A stretch of 64,000 nt of DNA from Lachnospiraceae bacterium (GTDB lineage: Bacteria; Bacillota; Clostridia; Lachnospirales; Lachnospiraceae): positions 5,139-69,138 of the forward strand of contig JAQXLY010000063.1 in NCBI GenBank assembly GCA_029012365.1, given 5' to 3'. Below the pieces are notes generated by a model. It saw only the letters and a program-made list of their open reading frames with translations, made no database searches and was not told the origin of the DNA. This document shows positions 1-9,446 of the stretch, in pieces (the first letter of the stretch is position 1; the number at the start of each line of letters is the position of its first letter). Both the position numbers and the translations under genes were made by a program.

Positions 1-1
1 T

Positions 2-871
2 TTGAAGAAAATCTGCCTTTGGTTTGTTTTTGTTGTTGTAATGGTTGTTACGGGGACAAGAGCGGTGTCGTTTTTACGAAACGGAACCGTGTTACTTTCC
101 GAAGCCATTGAAAGGCTGTGTATTACGGCACATCGCGGGGCATCGGGGGCGGCACCGGAAAATACAATGGCAGCAATCGAACTGGCTGTGGAGGAAGGGG
201 CGGACTATACCGAAATTGATGTCCGGCTGACCGCGGACGGAGTACCGGTGCTTCTTCATGATAAGGCGTTGTTTCGTACTACCAGAGTTTTAAAAAATGT
301 GGATGAGGTGACTTACGAGGAGCTTTCCGGGTATGATGCGGGATATGGTTATTCGGCGGAATATGCCGGAGAAAGAGTACCGGCACTTAGGGATGTATTT
401 GAACGGTTCGGCGGAAAAATCGGTTTTAATATCGAGTTAAAGAATAATAACGATAAGGTGTTGGTGCAGACAGTGACGGAGCTGATAGAAGAATACGGTT
501 TGGAAGAAAGCTGTATTATTACCTCTGCATCGTATATACAGCTTATATGGGTAAAGGAAATTAACCGAGAGCTGAAAACCGGCTATATTCTTTCGATGGT
601 ATATGGGGATTTCTATGAGAGTGAGGCAGCCGATTTTTTCAGTATTCATTCGGGCTATGTTTCGGAACAGGTAGTAAAGCAGGCACATTCTCTCGGAAAG
701 GAGATTCATGTATGGACCGTAAACCGGGAGAATGAACTTAAGCGGATGAAGGCAATCGGTGTGGACAATATCATTACGGATAATCCTGCATATGCCAGAG
801 AAATTGTGCAAAAAAGCGATTTGGCAGAAACATTGGGAGAATGGATTATGCTTCTGACATCAAAAAAGTAG
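2..871 (+). CDS. glycerophosphodiester phosphodiesterase (GDPD) family protein, membrane-anchored; the 5' end may lie outside the window
   Basis: 289-aa ORF starting at the window edge with TTG. N-terminal hydrophobic helix, then the GDPD signature HRGASGAAPENT...EIDVRLTADGVPVLLHD and a late HVWTVN motif. Confidence 0.8.
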   Translation: MKKICLWFVFVVVMVVTGTRAVSFLRNGTVLLSEAIERLCITAHRGASGAAPENTMAAIELAVEEGADYTEIDVRLTADGVPVLLHDKALFRTTRVLKNVDEVTYEELSGYDAGYGYSAEYAGERVPALRDVFERFGGKIGFNIELKNNNDKVLVQTVTELIEEYGLEESCIITSASYIQLIWVKEINRELKTGYILSMVYGDFYESEAADFFSIHSGYVSEQVVKQAHSLGKEIHVWTVNRENELKRMKAIGVDNIITDNPAYAREIVQKSDLAETLGEWIMLLTSKK

Positions 872-937
872 GGATAGGGTGCAACATTATCCGTTTTCGT
901 CGTATTATATAGGTAGAATGCGAAAACGGAGGTTTGT

Positions 938-1729
938 ATGGCAGTAAGAATAGCATTGGATGCCGGACACGGAGGATATGACGGTGGGGCTGTACATGAA
1001 GGCAGAAAAGAAAAGGACGATAACCTTGCACTGACGCTTGCAGTGGGAGAAATCTTACAGAACAACGGCGTAGATGTAGTATACACAAGAACGGAGGATA
1101 TATACGACTCTCCTGTACGGAAGGCGCAGATTGCAAATGAGTCCGGAGCAGACTATTTTATTTCTTTTCACCGGAATTCCAGTCCGATGGATAACCAGTA
1201 TTCCGGAGTGGAAACATTGCTCTATGATGAGAACGGAATAAAAGCAGAGCTGGCGGAAGCAATTAATGCCGAATTGGAAATGGTGGGCTTTAATAATCTC
1301 GGAATCAATATCCGCAGGGATCTGGCGGTACTTCGGCGTACTCAGATGCCGGCATTGTTAGTAGAAGTCGGATTTATAAATACGGATGCTGATAATGCAT
1401 TATTTGATTCACGTTTTGATGATGTAGCCCAGGCAATCGCAAACGGAGTATTACAGACATTATCCGGCGAAATCAATACCGGGGATGATACCGGGACGGG
1501 AACTACGGAGAGTGATGTTTATGCAGTACAGGTGGGACTGTTCCGCAATCCGGAGAATGCGGATAATCTTTACCGGGAGCTGGTGGCACTTGGTATTCCT
1601 TCGGATATTGCAAGAAGCGGTAACTTTTTTGCGGTGCGTGCCGGAAGAACCGGGAGTCTGAATGAGGCAGTTGCCCTGCAGCAGGAGCTGCAACAGCTTG
1701 GATATGATACGCTTGTAGTGACTCTGTAG
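938..1729 (+). CDS. N-acetylmuramoyl-L-alanine amidase (Amidase_3) with a C-terminal SPOR-like domain
   Basis: N-terminus IALDAGHGGYDGGAV...ISFHRNS...LLVEVGFINT is typical of Amidase_3. The C-terminal ~70 aa (VYAVQVGLFRNPENADNLYREL...FAVRAGRTGSLNEA) resemble a SPOR repeat. GGAGG lies upstream of the ATG. Confidence 0.85.
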   Translation: MAVRIALDAGHGGYDGGAVHEGRKEKDDNLALTLAVGEILQNNGVDVVYTRTEDIYDSPVRKAQIANESGADYFISFHRNSSPMDNQYSGVETLLYDENGIKAELAEAINAELEMVGFNNLGINIRRDLAVLRRTQMPALLVEVGFINTDADNALFDSRFDDVAQAIANGVLQTLSGEINTGDDTGTGTTESDVYAVQVGLFRNPENADNLYRELVALGIPSDIARSGNFFAVRAGRTGSLNEAVALQQELQQLGYDTLVVTL

Positions 1730-2146
1730 TTATTTTTTGCACAAAATCCGTTCATACAGCAGTCCTGCCGCAGCCCAGCATGGTGCATAGTCCAGACGGA
1801 TGAGTCCCTTATAGTTCAGCTTTGCCTTGCTGTAATCCCATGGGCAGGCATTGTGTCGTTTTAATATAGTTCCGCTGGCATATTCGCAGCCAAGGATGGC
1901 GGAAGCATAGACAAATCCACGGAAAAGAGCAGACTTTGTCTTTATCAGCTTATAAACGGACGGGATAAAGGCTGCAAGTCCGTAAATCGGAAACATCCAG
2001 ACAGAGGTATGGCAAAGCAGACGTTTGTCCTTTGTATGTTCCCGCAAAGAAGAAAGACCTGTCCAAAAGCATTCGATACACCAGCCGATGAGACCGCAGC
2101 GGAAGAAATCAAGGCCGAAGCGGCGGAAAGGGCGAAACAGACGCAT
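1730..2146 (-). CDS. small multi-pass membrane protein of the 'putative ABC-transporter type IV' (PF06541-like) family
   Basis: Hydrophobic ORF with the CPWDYS...LNYKGLIRLDY motif. Start moved to the internal ATG at 2146, which has GGAGG 8 nt upstream. A paralogous domain occurs at 31920-32400. Confidence 0.6.
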   Translation of the reverse strand: MRLFRPFRRFGLDFFRCGLIGWCIECFWTGLSSLREHTKDKRLLCHTSVWMFPIYGLAAFIPSVYKLIKTKSALFRGFVYASAILGCEYASGTILKRHNACPWDYSKAKLNYKGLIRLDYAPCWAAAGLLYERILCKK

Positions 2147-2227
2147 AAATAAACCTCCTGAAGTGTTCATTTGCCATAGTATTTGCACTTGGCAGATGAA
2201 CTATTCGGGAGGTTTTGAACTTGTTAT

Positions 2228-3319
2228 TTAACGATATACGGAAAAACGGTTTTCTGACAGAAGAGTATAGGCACGTTCAAGAGAATCTCTGTCATAGAAC
2301 TCAATGCGAAGGGCACCCTGCTCATAATCACGGTTGTGTACGATGCCGATGTTTTTCATACTGATTCCGTGGCTTGCCAAAATGGTTGCAAAGGTTGCAA
2401 TGGCACCGGCCTCATCCCTAAGATCCGCATGAAGAACAAAGGCTTCGGGGAGAACACCTTTTCGCTCCTGTAAAGAGCTTCGGAATTCTCCGGCTTCGGA
2501 AAAAAGTGAGCGGATGGTATCCCTGTCGGAGGAGGAGAGTGCATTTTCCGCTTCGGTCAGAAGGGAAATATAACGGCGCAATACAGGGAGAACAAATTCG
2601 GTATTAGCGGATAAAATACTTTCCCAAAGAGACGGAGAGGAAGAAGCGATTCTGGTAATGTCTTTAAATCCTCCGGCTGCCAGCATACGCATGGTATCTG
2701 CATCTTCTGAGGTACGGACCAGATTTACAAGCTGTGCGGCAATCAGATGCGGGACATGGCTGATTGCTGCAACCGCATCATCATGTTCCCTCGGAGAAAG
2801 CAGTACGGGAATCGCTTTCATCTCCTTTACCAGAGAAAGAAAGCGTTGAAAACGTTCCTTAGGAAAATCGTCTGTCAGGGTTATGGCATAATAAGCATTT
2901 TCCAGAAGAAGTGCATTGCTGTTTGAAAAGCCGGTACGTTCCGAGCCTGTCATAGGATGCCCTCCGATAAAATTAGCGGAAAGCCCCAGAGTTTCGGCGG
3001 CAGTATGGATTCCGGATTTTACGCTGCCTACGTCTGTAATCACAGTATCTTCGGAAATGATAGCTTTTAGCTTCGGAAGATAGGTAATGTTACAATCTAC
3101 CGGTGCGCATAAAAAGATATAATTGCAGGCGGATAATTCCTCCAGAGAAAAAACAGCGTGATTCACTACGCCTGCGTTTATGGCATCGCGGATATCGCCC
3201 GAAAGCTCAGGCTTTCTTGAATAGGCGAAAATACGGCAGGAAGGATGAATTTCACGTAAAGCGCGTGCAATAGATCCGCCGATTAGCCCAAGACCGATAA
3301 AACCAAACTGTATATTCAT
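2228..3319 (-). CDS. tyrA: prephenate dehydrogenase with a C-terminal ACT domain
   Basis: Rossmann motif FGFIGLGLIGGSIA, central GGHPMTGSE motif and an ACT-like tail. Lies directly downstream of the DAHP synthase gene. Confidence 0.85.
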   Translation of the reverse strand: MNIQFGFIGLGLIGGSIARALREIHPSCRIFAYSRKPELSGDIRDAINAGVVNHAVFSLEELSACNYIFLCAPVDCNITYLPKLKAIISEDTVITDVGSVKSGIHTAAETLGLSANFIGGHPMTGSERTGFSNSNALLLENAYYAITLTDDFPKERFQRFLSLVKEMKAIPVLLSPREHDDAVAAISHVPHLIAAQLVNLVRTSEDADTMRMLAAGGFKDITRIASSSPSLWESILSANTEFVLPVLRRYISLLTEAENALSSSDRDTIRSLFSEAGEFRSSLQERKGVLPEAFVLHADLRDEAGAIATFATILASHGISMKNIGIVHNRDYEQGALRIEFYDRDSLERAYTLLSENRFSVYR

Positions 3320-3331
3320 GGTGTTGCTCCT

Positions 3332-4348
3332 TTATGCCAGTGTTTTTCCCATCAGGGAGGCAAGAGGGCGGAGCTTGTCGCAAAGCTCTTCAAACTGACT
3401 GAATGTAAGTGACTGAGGGCCGTCGGAAAGGGCTTTCTCAGGACAAGGGTGAGTTTCAATCATAAGTCCGTCCGCTCCTGCGGCAACTCCTGCCATTGCT
3501 AACGGCTCTACATAGTCTCTGACACCGGTGGCATGGCTTGGGTCTACAATAATCGGTAAATGACTCTTTGCACGAATAACAGGGACAGCACTCAGGTCAA
3601 GTGTATTGCGGGTTGCGGTCTCGAAGGTACGGATGCCGCGTTCGCAAAGTACAACATTCGGATTCCCTTCGGCAAGAATGTACTCGGCGGCATTCAGCCA
3701 TTCGTCGATTGTGGCGGAAAGTCCGCGCTTTAATAAAACCGGAAGACCGGTTTTGCCTACTTCCTTTAACAGAAAAAAGTTCTGCATATTTCTGGCACCG
3801 ATTTGCAGCATGTCAACATATTTTACTGCTGCTTCCACGGCAGACTGGCTTGTGACCTCACACACAACCGGAAGACCAGTGGCATCCTTAGCCTCTTTCA
3901 TCAGTCTGAGGCCGTCTTCCTCCATTCCCTGAAAGGAATACGGAGAGGTACGCGGCTTATATGCTCCGCCTCGTAAAATCCGGGCACCGGCTTTTTTTAT
4001 CGCAATGGCGGTTTCCAGTACCTGCTCTGCCGATTCAACGGCACAAGGACCGGACATGATTACAAGATTGTCTCCGCCGATAGCGGTGTTTCCGACCTTG
4101 ACAACGGTTGGTTCCGGGTGGAATTTTTTATTTGCCAGTTTATAGCTTTCCGTAACTGACACAATACGGTCAACTCCTTCGGCAATTTCAAGGTTCTTAT
4201 CCGCGAGGACGGTTTTGTCACCTACCACACCGATAATGGTGACTTCATGTCCGTGGGAAAGGTGGGTGTCGAGCCCCTGTTCGCGTACAATCGAAACTAC
4301 ATTGTTAATTGCTTCCGTGGAAGCATCCGGTTTCATAATAATAATCAT
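3332..4348 (-). CDS. aroF: 3-deoxy-7-phosphoheptulonate (DAHP) synthase, type I-beta, with an N-terminal regulatory domain
   Basis: 338 aa with KPRTSPYSFQG, GARNMQN and IVDPSH motifs. The N-terminal ~70-aa ferredoxin-like extension matches Thermotoga/Clostridia-type enzymes. GGAGAT RBS. Confidence 0.9.
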   Translation of the reverse strand: MIIIMKPDASTEAINNVVSIVREQGLDTHLSHGHEVTIIGVVGDKTVLADKNLEIAEGVDRIVSVTESYKLANKKFHPEPTVVKVGNTAIGGDNLVIMSGPCAVESAEQVLETAIAIKKAGARILRGGAYKPRTSPYSFQGMEEDGLRLMKEAKDATGLPVVCEVTSQSAVEAAVKYVDMLQIGARNMQNFFLLKEVGKTGLPVLLKRGLSATIDEWLNAAEYILAEGNPNVVLCERGIRTFETATRNTLDLSAVPVIRAKSHLPIIVDPSHATGVRDYVEPLAMAGVAAGADGLMIETHPCPEKALSDGPQSLTFSQFEELCDKLRPLASLMGKTLA

Positions 4349-4393
4349 TTGCGTATCTCCTCTATGGTAACGTGTATTTTTTTCTTCAAGTGT

Positions 4394-4422
4394 ATTGTAA
4401 CTCCGGTTTTTTTATTTGTCAA
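4394..4422 (-). promoter_or_regulatory. sigma-A-type promoter for aroF-tyrA
   Basis: On the minus strand: TTGACA, 17 nt, TACAAT, about 45 nt upstream of the aroF ATG. Confidence 0.5.
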
Positions 4423-4585
4423 CGCTTTTTTACTTTAAAGCGCAACGGTTTAAAGTGGAAATTTGAAAAACAGTGAAAAAACGTTAAGAAAATTGTAAGA
4501 AGCGTTGAAAAATAAGAGAGTTTGTTATAAAATGAAGAGCAGAGCAGTTTAGTAACGGATGTCAGGGAAAGACGGGGAAGACAGG

Positions 4586-6493
4586 ATGAAGGATTTTTTG
4601 CCTATCTGCAGGGCTGATATGGAGCGGCGTGGCTGGGAACAATGTGACTTTGTATATATTATCGGGGATGCATATGTGGACCATACTTCATTTGGTCCGG
4701 CCATTATCAGCAGAGTTTTGGAGAGCCACGGATATAAGGTGGGTATTATATCACAGCCGGACTGGAAGGATGAAAAAAGTGTACAGGTTCTCGGCGAACC
4801 GAGGCTCGGCTTTCTTGTTTCCGCCGGAAACATGGATACAATGGTAAATCATTATACTGTAGCAAAAAAGCGACGTTCACAGGACGCATATACGCCGGGA
4901 GGTGTTATCGGCAAACGTCCGGACAGGGCAACCATCGTATATTGTAACCTGCTTCGTCGTGTATATAAAAGAAAGCCGATTATTATTGGAGGAATCGAAG
5001 CTTCCCTGCGGCGTTTGGCGCATTATGACTATTGGTCGGATACAGTGAAGCGTTCCATACTTCTGGATTCCGGTGCGGATTTGCTCTCCTACGGTATGGG
5101 AGAGCATTCCGTTGTGGAAATCGCAGATGCCCTTGCTTCGGGAATTGCGGTAAAGGATATTACATTTGTAAACGGAACGGTCTTTCGTGCTTCTTCTCTG
5201 GATGCGGTGTATGATGCAACTATGCTTCCGTCCTATTCGGAAATCAAAGAAGATAAGCGGATGTTTGCAAAGAGCTTTTACACGCAGTACTGTAATACAG
5301 ACCCGTTTTCGGGGAAACGGCTGGTGGAACAGTATAGCGAAAAAGAATATGTAGTACAGAATACGCCGGCAGCTCCGTTAACACAGGCGGAGATGGATCG
5401 GGTATATTCTCTGCCGTATATGCGGAATTATCATCCGTCTTACGAGGAACAGGGAGGAATCCCGATTATTAATGAACTGAAGTTCAGTCTGGTAAGCAAT
5501 CGCGGGTGCTTCGGAGGCTGCAGCTTCTGTGCGCTGACATTTCATCAGGGACGTATCATTCAGACGAGAAGTCATGAGTCTATATTAGAAGAAGCGAGAC
5601 TTATGACATGGGATTCGGATTTTAAAGGATATATTAATGATGTAGGAGGACCTACGGCAAATTTTCGTGCTCCTGCCTGTGAAAAGCAGCTGACAAAGGG
5701 TGTTTGTCCGAATAAGCAGTGTCTGTTCCCATCCCCTTGCAAAAATCTGAAGGTAGACCACGCGGATTATCTGGCGCTGTTAAGAAAGCTGAGAGAGCTG
5801 CCGAAGGTTAAAAAGGTATTTATCCGTTCGGGGATACGGTTTGATTATCTGATTTATGAGAAAGACAAAACATTTTTGAGAGAGCTGTGCGAGCATCATG
5901 TCAGCGGACAATTAAAGGTGGCACCGGAGCATGTTTGCGATGAAGTATTAAAACGGATGGGAAAGCCGAGCCGTGCGGTTTATGACGAATTTATCCGGGA
6001 GTACAGGAGAATGAATGAAAGACTTGGAAAAGAGCAGTACGTTGTGCCTTACCTGATGTCCTCTCATCCTGGCTCGACTCTGAAAGAAGCAGTGGAGCTT
6101 GCGGAGTATCTGCGGGATCTCGGCTATATGCCGGAGCAGGTGCAGGATTTTTACCCGACACCGTCCACCATATCAACCTGTATGTACTATACGGGGTTGG
6201 ATCCACGTACAATGGAGCCGGTGTATGTGCCGAAATCGCCTCATGAAAAGGCAATGCAGAGGGCATTGATTCAATACCGCAATCCGAAAAACTATGAGCT
6301 GGTGGAGGAAGCACTACACCTTGCACACAGAGAGGACTTAATCGGATATGACAAAAAGTGTCTGATCAGACCGAGAGGGCACAGACGGCAGGAGGAAGGC
6401 CGGAGTGCTTTACCGGGGACTGGGGGAGGAAAGAAAAACGGAAGCCGGAAAAAGACTATTAGAAATGTACACAGCAAAAAGAATAATAAGTAA
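4586..6493 (+). CDS. YgiQ family (UPF0313) radical SAM protein
   Basis: N-terminus MKDFLPICRADMERRGWEQCDFVYIIGDAYVDHTSFG is characteristic of YgiQ. It has a CFGGCSFC cluster motif and a basic C-terminal tail. Start placed at the second in-frame ATG, which has a purine-rich RBS. Confidence 0.85.
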   Translation: MKDFLPICRADMERRGWEQCDFVYIIGDAYVDHTSFGPAIISRVLESHGYKVGIISQPDWKDEKSVQVLGEPRLGFLVSAGNMDTMVNHYTVAKKRRSQDAYTPGGVIGKRPDRATIVYCNLLRRVYKRKPIIIGGIEASLRRLAHYDYWSDTVKRSILLDSGADLLSYGMGEHSVVEIADALASGIAVKDITFVNGTVFRASSLDAVYDATMLPSYSEIKEDKRMFAKSFYTQYCNTDPFSGKRLVEQYSEKEYVVQNTPAAPLTQAEMDRVYSLPYMRNYHPSYEEQGGIPIINELKFSLVSNRGCFGGCSFCALTFHQGRIIQTRSHESILEEARLMTWDSDFKGYINDVGGPTANFRAPACEKQLTKGVCPNKQCLFPSPCKNLKVDHADYLALLRKLRELPKVKKVFIRSGIRFDYLIYEKDKTFLRELCEHHVSGQLKVAPEHVCDEVLKRMGKPSRAVYDEFIREYRRMNERLGKEQYVVPYLMSSHPGSTLKEAVELAEYLRDLGYMPEQVQDFYPTPSTISTCMYYTGLDPRTMEPVYVPKSPHEKAMQRALIQYRNPKNYELVEEALHLAHREDLIGYDKKCLIRPRGHRRQEEGRSALPGTGGGKKNGSRKKTIRNVHSKKNNK

Positions 6494-6530
6494 ACCGGTT
6501 ACAGGATATAGTTGAATTGGAGGTAGAGTG

Positions 6531-7043
6531 ATGTTTTCAAAGTTTTATCCGGATGAGTACTGGGAGTCTGCATATACACAGGAATATGAGCGTTTATATG
6601 AAGCCGGATTCAGAGGAATTATTTTTGATATTGACAACACACTGGTGGAACACGGAGATGATGTGGACGAGCATGCGATTGCACTGGTGGAGCGGCTGCG
6701 CAGAATGGGGTTTGCGGTTTGCTTTCTTTCCAATAATGCTGAGCCGAGAGTCAGGAGTTTTTGTAAGCCTTTTGATGCCGCATATATTTATAAGGGAGGA
6801 AAACCGGGAACAAAAGGTTACGAAGCGGTAATGAAGCTAATCGGAACGACAAAGGAACAGACGGTTTCTGTCGGAGACCAGATTTTTACGGATGTTTGGG
6901 GAGCGAAACGTACAGGCATTTATACGGTTTTGGTAAAGCCGATTGGAAAAAGAGAAGAAATTCAGATTGTATTAAAACGGTATCTGGAAAAGATTGTTTT
7001 ACATTTTTACAAAAAAAAATTAAAGAAGAGGCAGCAACAATAA
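6531..7043 (+). CDS. YqeG-family HAD-IIIA phosphatase
   Basis: GIIFDIDNTL (motif I), LSNN and GDQIFTDVWGA motifs in ~170 aa. GGAGG lies upstream; a GTG at 6528 is an alternative start. Confidence 0.8.
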   Translation: MFSKFYPDEYWESAYTQEYERLYEAGFRGIIFDIDNTLVEHGDDVDEHAIALVERLRRMGFAVCFLSNNAEPRVRSFCKPFDAAYIYKGGKPGTKGYEAVMKLIGTTKEQTVSVGDQIFTDVWGAKRTGIYTVLVKPIGKREEIQIVLKRYLEKIVLHFYKKKLKKRQQQ

Positions 7044-7044
7044 G

Positions 7045-7569
7045 ATGAAAAAGAATAATATCATATTAATCGGATTTATGGGATGCGGAAAAAGTACGGT
7101 AGGCAAAAAGCTTGCCGGTTCGCTTCATTACGAGTTTATGGATACCGACACCGTAATTGAGGAAACCTATGGGAAGAAGATATCCCGGATATTTGAAGAG
7201 GATGGAGAAGAGGCATTTCGTAAGGCCGAAACAAGGCTTTTGGAAAGACTGGAAAAGGAAGCGGACGGTGTGGTAATCGCTACCGGAGGCGGAATGCCGA
7301 TGCGGGAGGAAAATGTACGCTATCTGCATAAAATCGGCACGGTTATTTTTTTAAAGGCAAAGATAGAGACGCTGCTAGAGCGGCTGCAAAATGATACGGA
7401 ACGGCCGCTTGCAGCCGGAGAGGATAGAGAACAGAGGCTCAGGACTCTTTATGAAAAGCGTCTGCCGATATATGAAAAAGCGGCAGAGGTATGTCTGGAT
7501 ACGGACGGAAAGTCCTTTTACGGTATTATTGAAGAAATAGAGCGTTATACCGGAAAAGGCAAGAATTAA
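7045..7569 (+). CDS. aroK: shikimate kinase
   Basis: Walker A GFMGCGKSTVGK, then DTD and GGG motifs, 174 aa. Confidence 0.9.
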   Translation: MKKNNIILIGFMGCGKSTVGKKLAGSLHYEFMDTDTVIEETYGKKISRIFEEDGEEAFRKAETRLLERLEKEADGVVIATGGGMPMREENVRYLHKIGTVIFLKAKIETLLERLQNDTERPLAAGEDREQRLRTLYEKRLPIYEKAAEVCLDTDGKSFYGIIEEIERYTGKGKN

Positions 7570-7586
7570 AATAAAGGAGAACGAAA

Positions 7587-8018
7587 ATGAAAATACTGGT
7601 AATTAACGGGCCGAATTTAAATTTTCTGGGAATTCGCGAGCCGGCACAATACGGAACGGAGAATTATGCCTCTCTTTGTGAAAAGCTGCAGAAGGCTGCA
7701 GCCAAGAAGGGAGACGAGCTTTCTGTTTTCCAGAATAACAGCGAAGGTGCAATTATTGACAGGCTTCAGGAGGCGTACAGCGACGGTACGGAAGGAATTA
7801 TTATTAATCCGGGTGCGTATACTCATTACAGTTACGCAATCAGGGACGCGCTTGCATCAATTACCGTACCGAAGATTGAGGTTCATATTTCCAACATTCA
7901 TAAGCGGGAAGAATTTCGTCATACATCGGTGACGGCGCCGGTCTGTGACGGTCAGATTGTCGGTCTCGGAATTAAGGGATATCTCCTTGCAATCGAGGCA
8001 CTGCATATGGAAAAATAG
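7587..8018 (+). CDS. aroQ: type II 3-dehydroquinate dehydratase
   Basis: MKILVINGPNLNFLGIREPAQYG...NPGAYTHYSYAIRDA...EVHISNIHKREEFR is the canonical AroQ sequence. Confidence 0.9.
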   Translation: MKILVINGPNLNFLGIREPAQYGTENYASLCEKLQKAAAKKGDELSVFQNNSEGAIIDRLQEAYSDGTEGIIINPGAYTHYSYAIRDALASITVPKIEVHISNIHKREEFRHTSVTAPVCDGQIVGLGIKGYLLAIEALHMEK

Positions 8019-8092
8019 CAGACTTCGGGCTTTTTCACGGAAAAACCGGGAAAATATGATGAAACAAATTTATTTTTTTGAAAAAATAGTAT

Positions 8093-8121
8093 TGAAAAAA
8101 ATGTCAGAGTGCGATAAACTA
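8093..8121 (+). promoter_or_regulatory. possible promoter for efp
   Basis: TTGAAA, 17 nt, TAAACT, about 30 nt upstream of efp. Confidence 0.35.
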
Positions 8122-8151
8122 AGTAGTAGTGAATTCTAAGGAGGATTATTT

Positions 8152-8709
8152 ATGATTTCTGCAGGCGATTTTAGAAACGGTATTACGCTTGAGATTGAGG
8201 GTAATGTTTACCAGATTGTTGAATTTCAGCATGTAAAGCCGGGAAAAGGCGCTGCGTTCGTCAGAACGAAGTTAAAGAATATTAAGAGTAGCGGTGTTGT
8301 CGAGAAAACCTTCCGTCCGACGGAAAAGTTCCCGGCTGCACATATTGAGAGAGCGGACATGCAGTATTTGTATTCTGATGGAGAGATGTATCACTTCATG
8401 GATGTGGAAACTTTTGACCAGATTGCCATGACGGAGGATCAGGTTGGTGATTCCTTAAAGTTTGTTAAGGAAAATGAGATGGTAAAGATGCTTTCTCATA
8501 ACAAGCAGGTATTTGCGATTGAGCCGCCGTTGTTTGTAGAGCTTGTGGTTACGGATACAGAGCCGGGCTTCAAGGGAGATACGGCAACCGGAGCTTCCAA
8601 GCCGGCTGTAGTTGAGACCGGAGCAACTGTTTATGTACCGTTATTTGTTGAGCAGGGTGAGACTATCCAGATTGACACCAGAACCGGCGAGTACATGAAG
8701 AGAGTATAA
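8152..8709 (+). CDS. efp: elongation factor P
   Basis: [43 protein letters not shown], 185 aa, AGGAGG RBS. Confidence 0.95.
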   Translation: MISAGDFRNGITLEIEGNVYQIVEFQHVKPGKGAAFVRTKLKNIKSSGVVEKTFRPTEKFPAAHIERADMQYLYSDGEMYHFMDVETFDQIAMTEDQVGDSLKFVKENEMVKMLSHNKQVFAIEPPLFVELVVTDTEPGFKGDTATGASKPAVVETGATVYVPLFVEQGETIQIDTRTGEYMKRV

Positions 8710-8732
8710 CTTCTTATAGACAAATGAGTATG

Positions 8733-8772
8733 AAACAGGCATTGGGAATATGTTCCGCGATGCCTGTTTTTT
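8733..8772 (+). terminator. rho-independent terminator of efp
   Basis: 10-bp perfect stem aaacaggcat/atgcctgttt followed by a T-run. Confidence 0.8.
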
Positions 8773-8930
8773 AACGAATAGGAAAGTGCGTCCCATTTGA
8801 TAAAAAAGCTCCGCGAGGATGAGTGTCGGTATAAATTATCGGAAAAGCCTTCCATGTATAAGCGGGAAGTCATGCGGAATACTAAAAACGCAACTTAATA
8901 TAAGCATGATGCGTAAGTAAGGAGGCTTTT

Positions 8931-9395
8931 ATGAAAAGAAAATCAGTATGCCTTATGGCAATGTGCTGTTTGATGTCACTTTTTCTGATGGCGTGTGCTT
9001 GCGGAGAAAATTCCCAGAACAATGACGGAGCTTCTCCAAGCCCGGCAGGGACACAGCAACCGAACAATAATACCGGAACGCCGTCTCCGTCAACTGCACC
9101 GAATAACAACAATAATAACAATTCCGGGATGAACGGTACCGGAAATAACGGAACAACGGATTTGAACGGTGCCGGAGATACGAACGGTAATGATGGCGTT
9201 ATTAATGATATCGGCAATGGCGTTGGTGATGTAATTGATGGTGTCGGTAATGGCGTAAATGATGTGATTGACGGTGTCGGAAACGCAGTAGATGACGTAA
9301 CCGGCGGAAATGCGGGGAACGGTGCTGCCGGAAATAACGCAGGCGGAACAGCAGGCGGAACAGCAGGCGGAGCTGCCGGTGGTGCGGCAAGATAA
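8931..9395 (+). CDS. secreted lipoprotein, Asn/Gly-rich and low complexity
   Basis: Signal peptide with lipobox LMAC. The rest is N/G/T/P-rich with 11-aa tandem repeats. AGGAGG RBS. Confidence 0.6.
   Translation: MKRKSVCLMAMCCLMSLFLMACACGENSQNNDGASPSPAGTQQPNNNTGTPSPSTAPNNNNNNNSGMNGTGNNGTTDLNGAGDTNGNDGVINDIGNGVGDVIDGVGNGVNDVIDGVGNAVDDVTGGNAGNGAAGNNAGGTAGGTAGGAAGGAAR
9213..9311 (+). repeat. three tandem ~33-nt coding repeats (GNGVGDVIDGV / GNGVNDVIDGV / GNAVDDVTGG)
   Basis: Seen directly in the DNA and the translation. A short GGTAGG/GGAAGG-type repeat follows at the 3' end of the gene. Confidence 0.7.
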
Positions 9396-9408
9396 ACGGA
9401 AAGAGTGA

Positions 9409-9445
9409 AAGATGTCTCGACTTTTACGGTCGGGGCATCTTTTAC
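9409..9445 (+). terminator. terminator hairpin between convergent genes
   Basis: 13-bp stem aagatgtctcgac/gtcggggcatctt, with two G-U pairs that work only on the plus strand, followed by a T-rich tract. Confidence 0.6.
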
Positions 9446-9446
9446 T

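Noticed and set aside
4349-4393. T-box leader upstream of aroF-tyrA
   Set aside because: The promoter lies only ~45 nt from the start codon, too short for a T-box (about 200 nt or more). No T-box sequence was seen.
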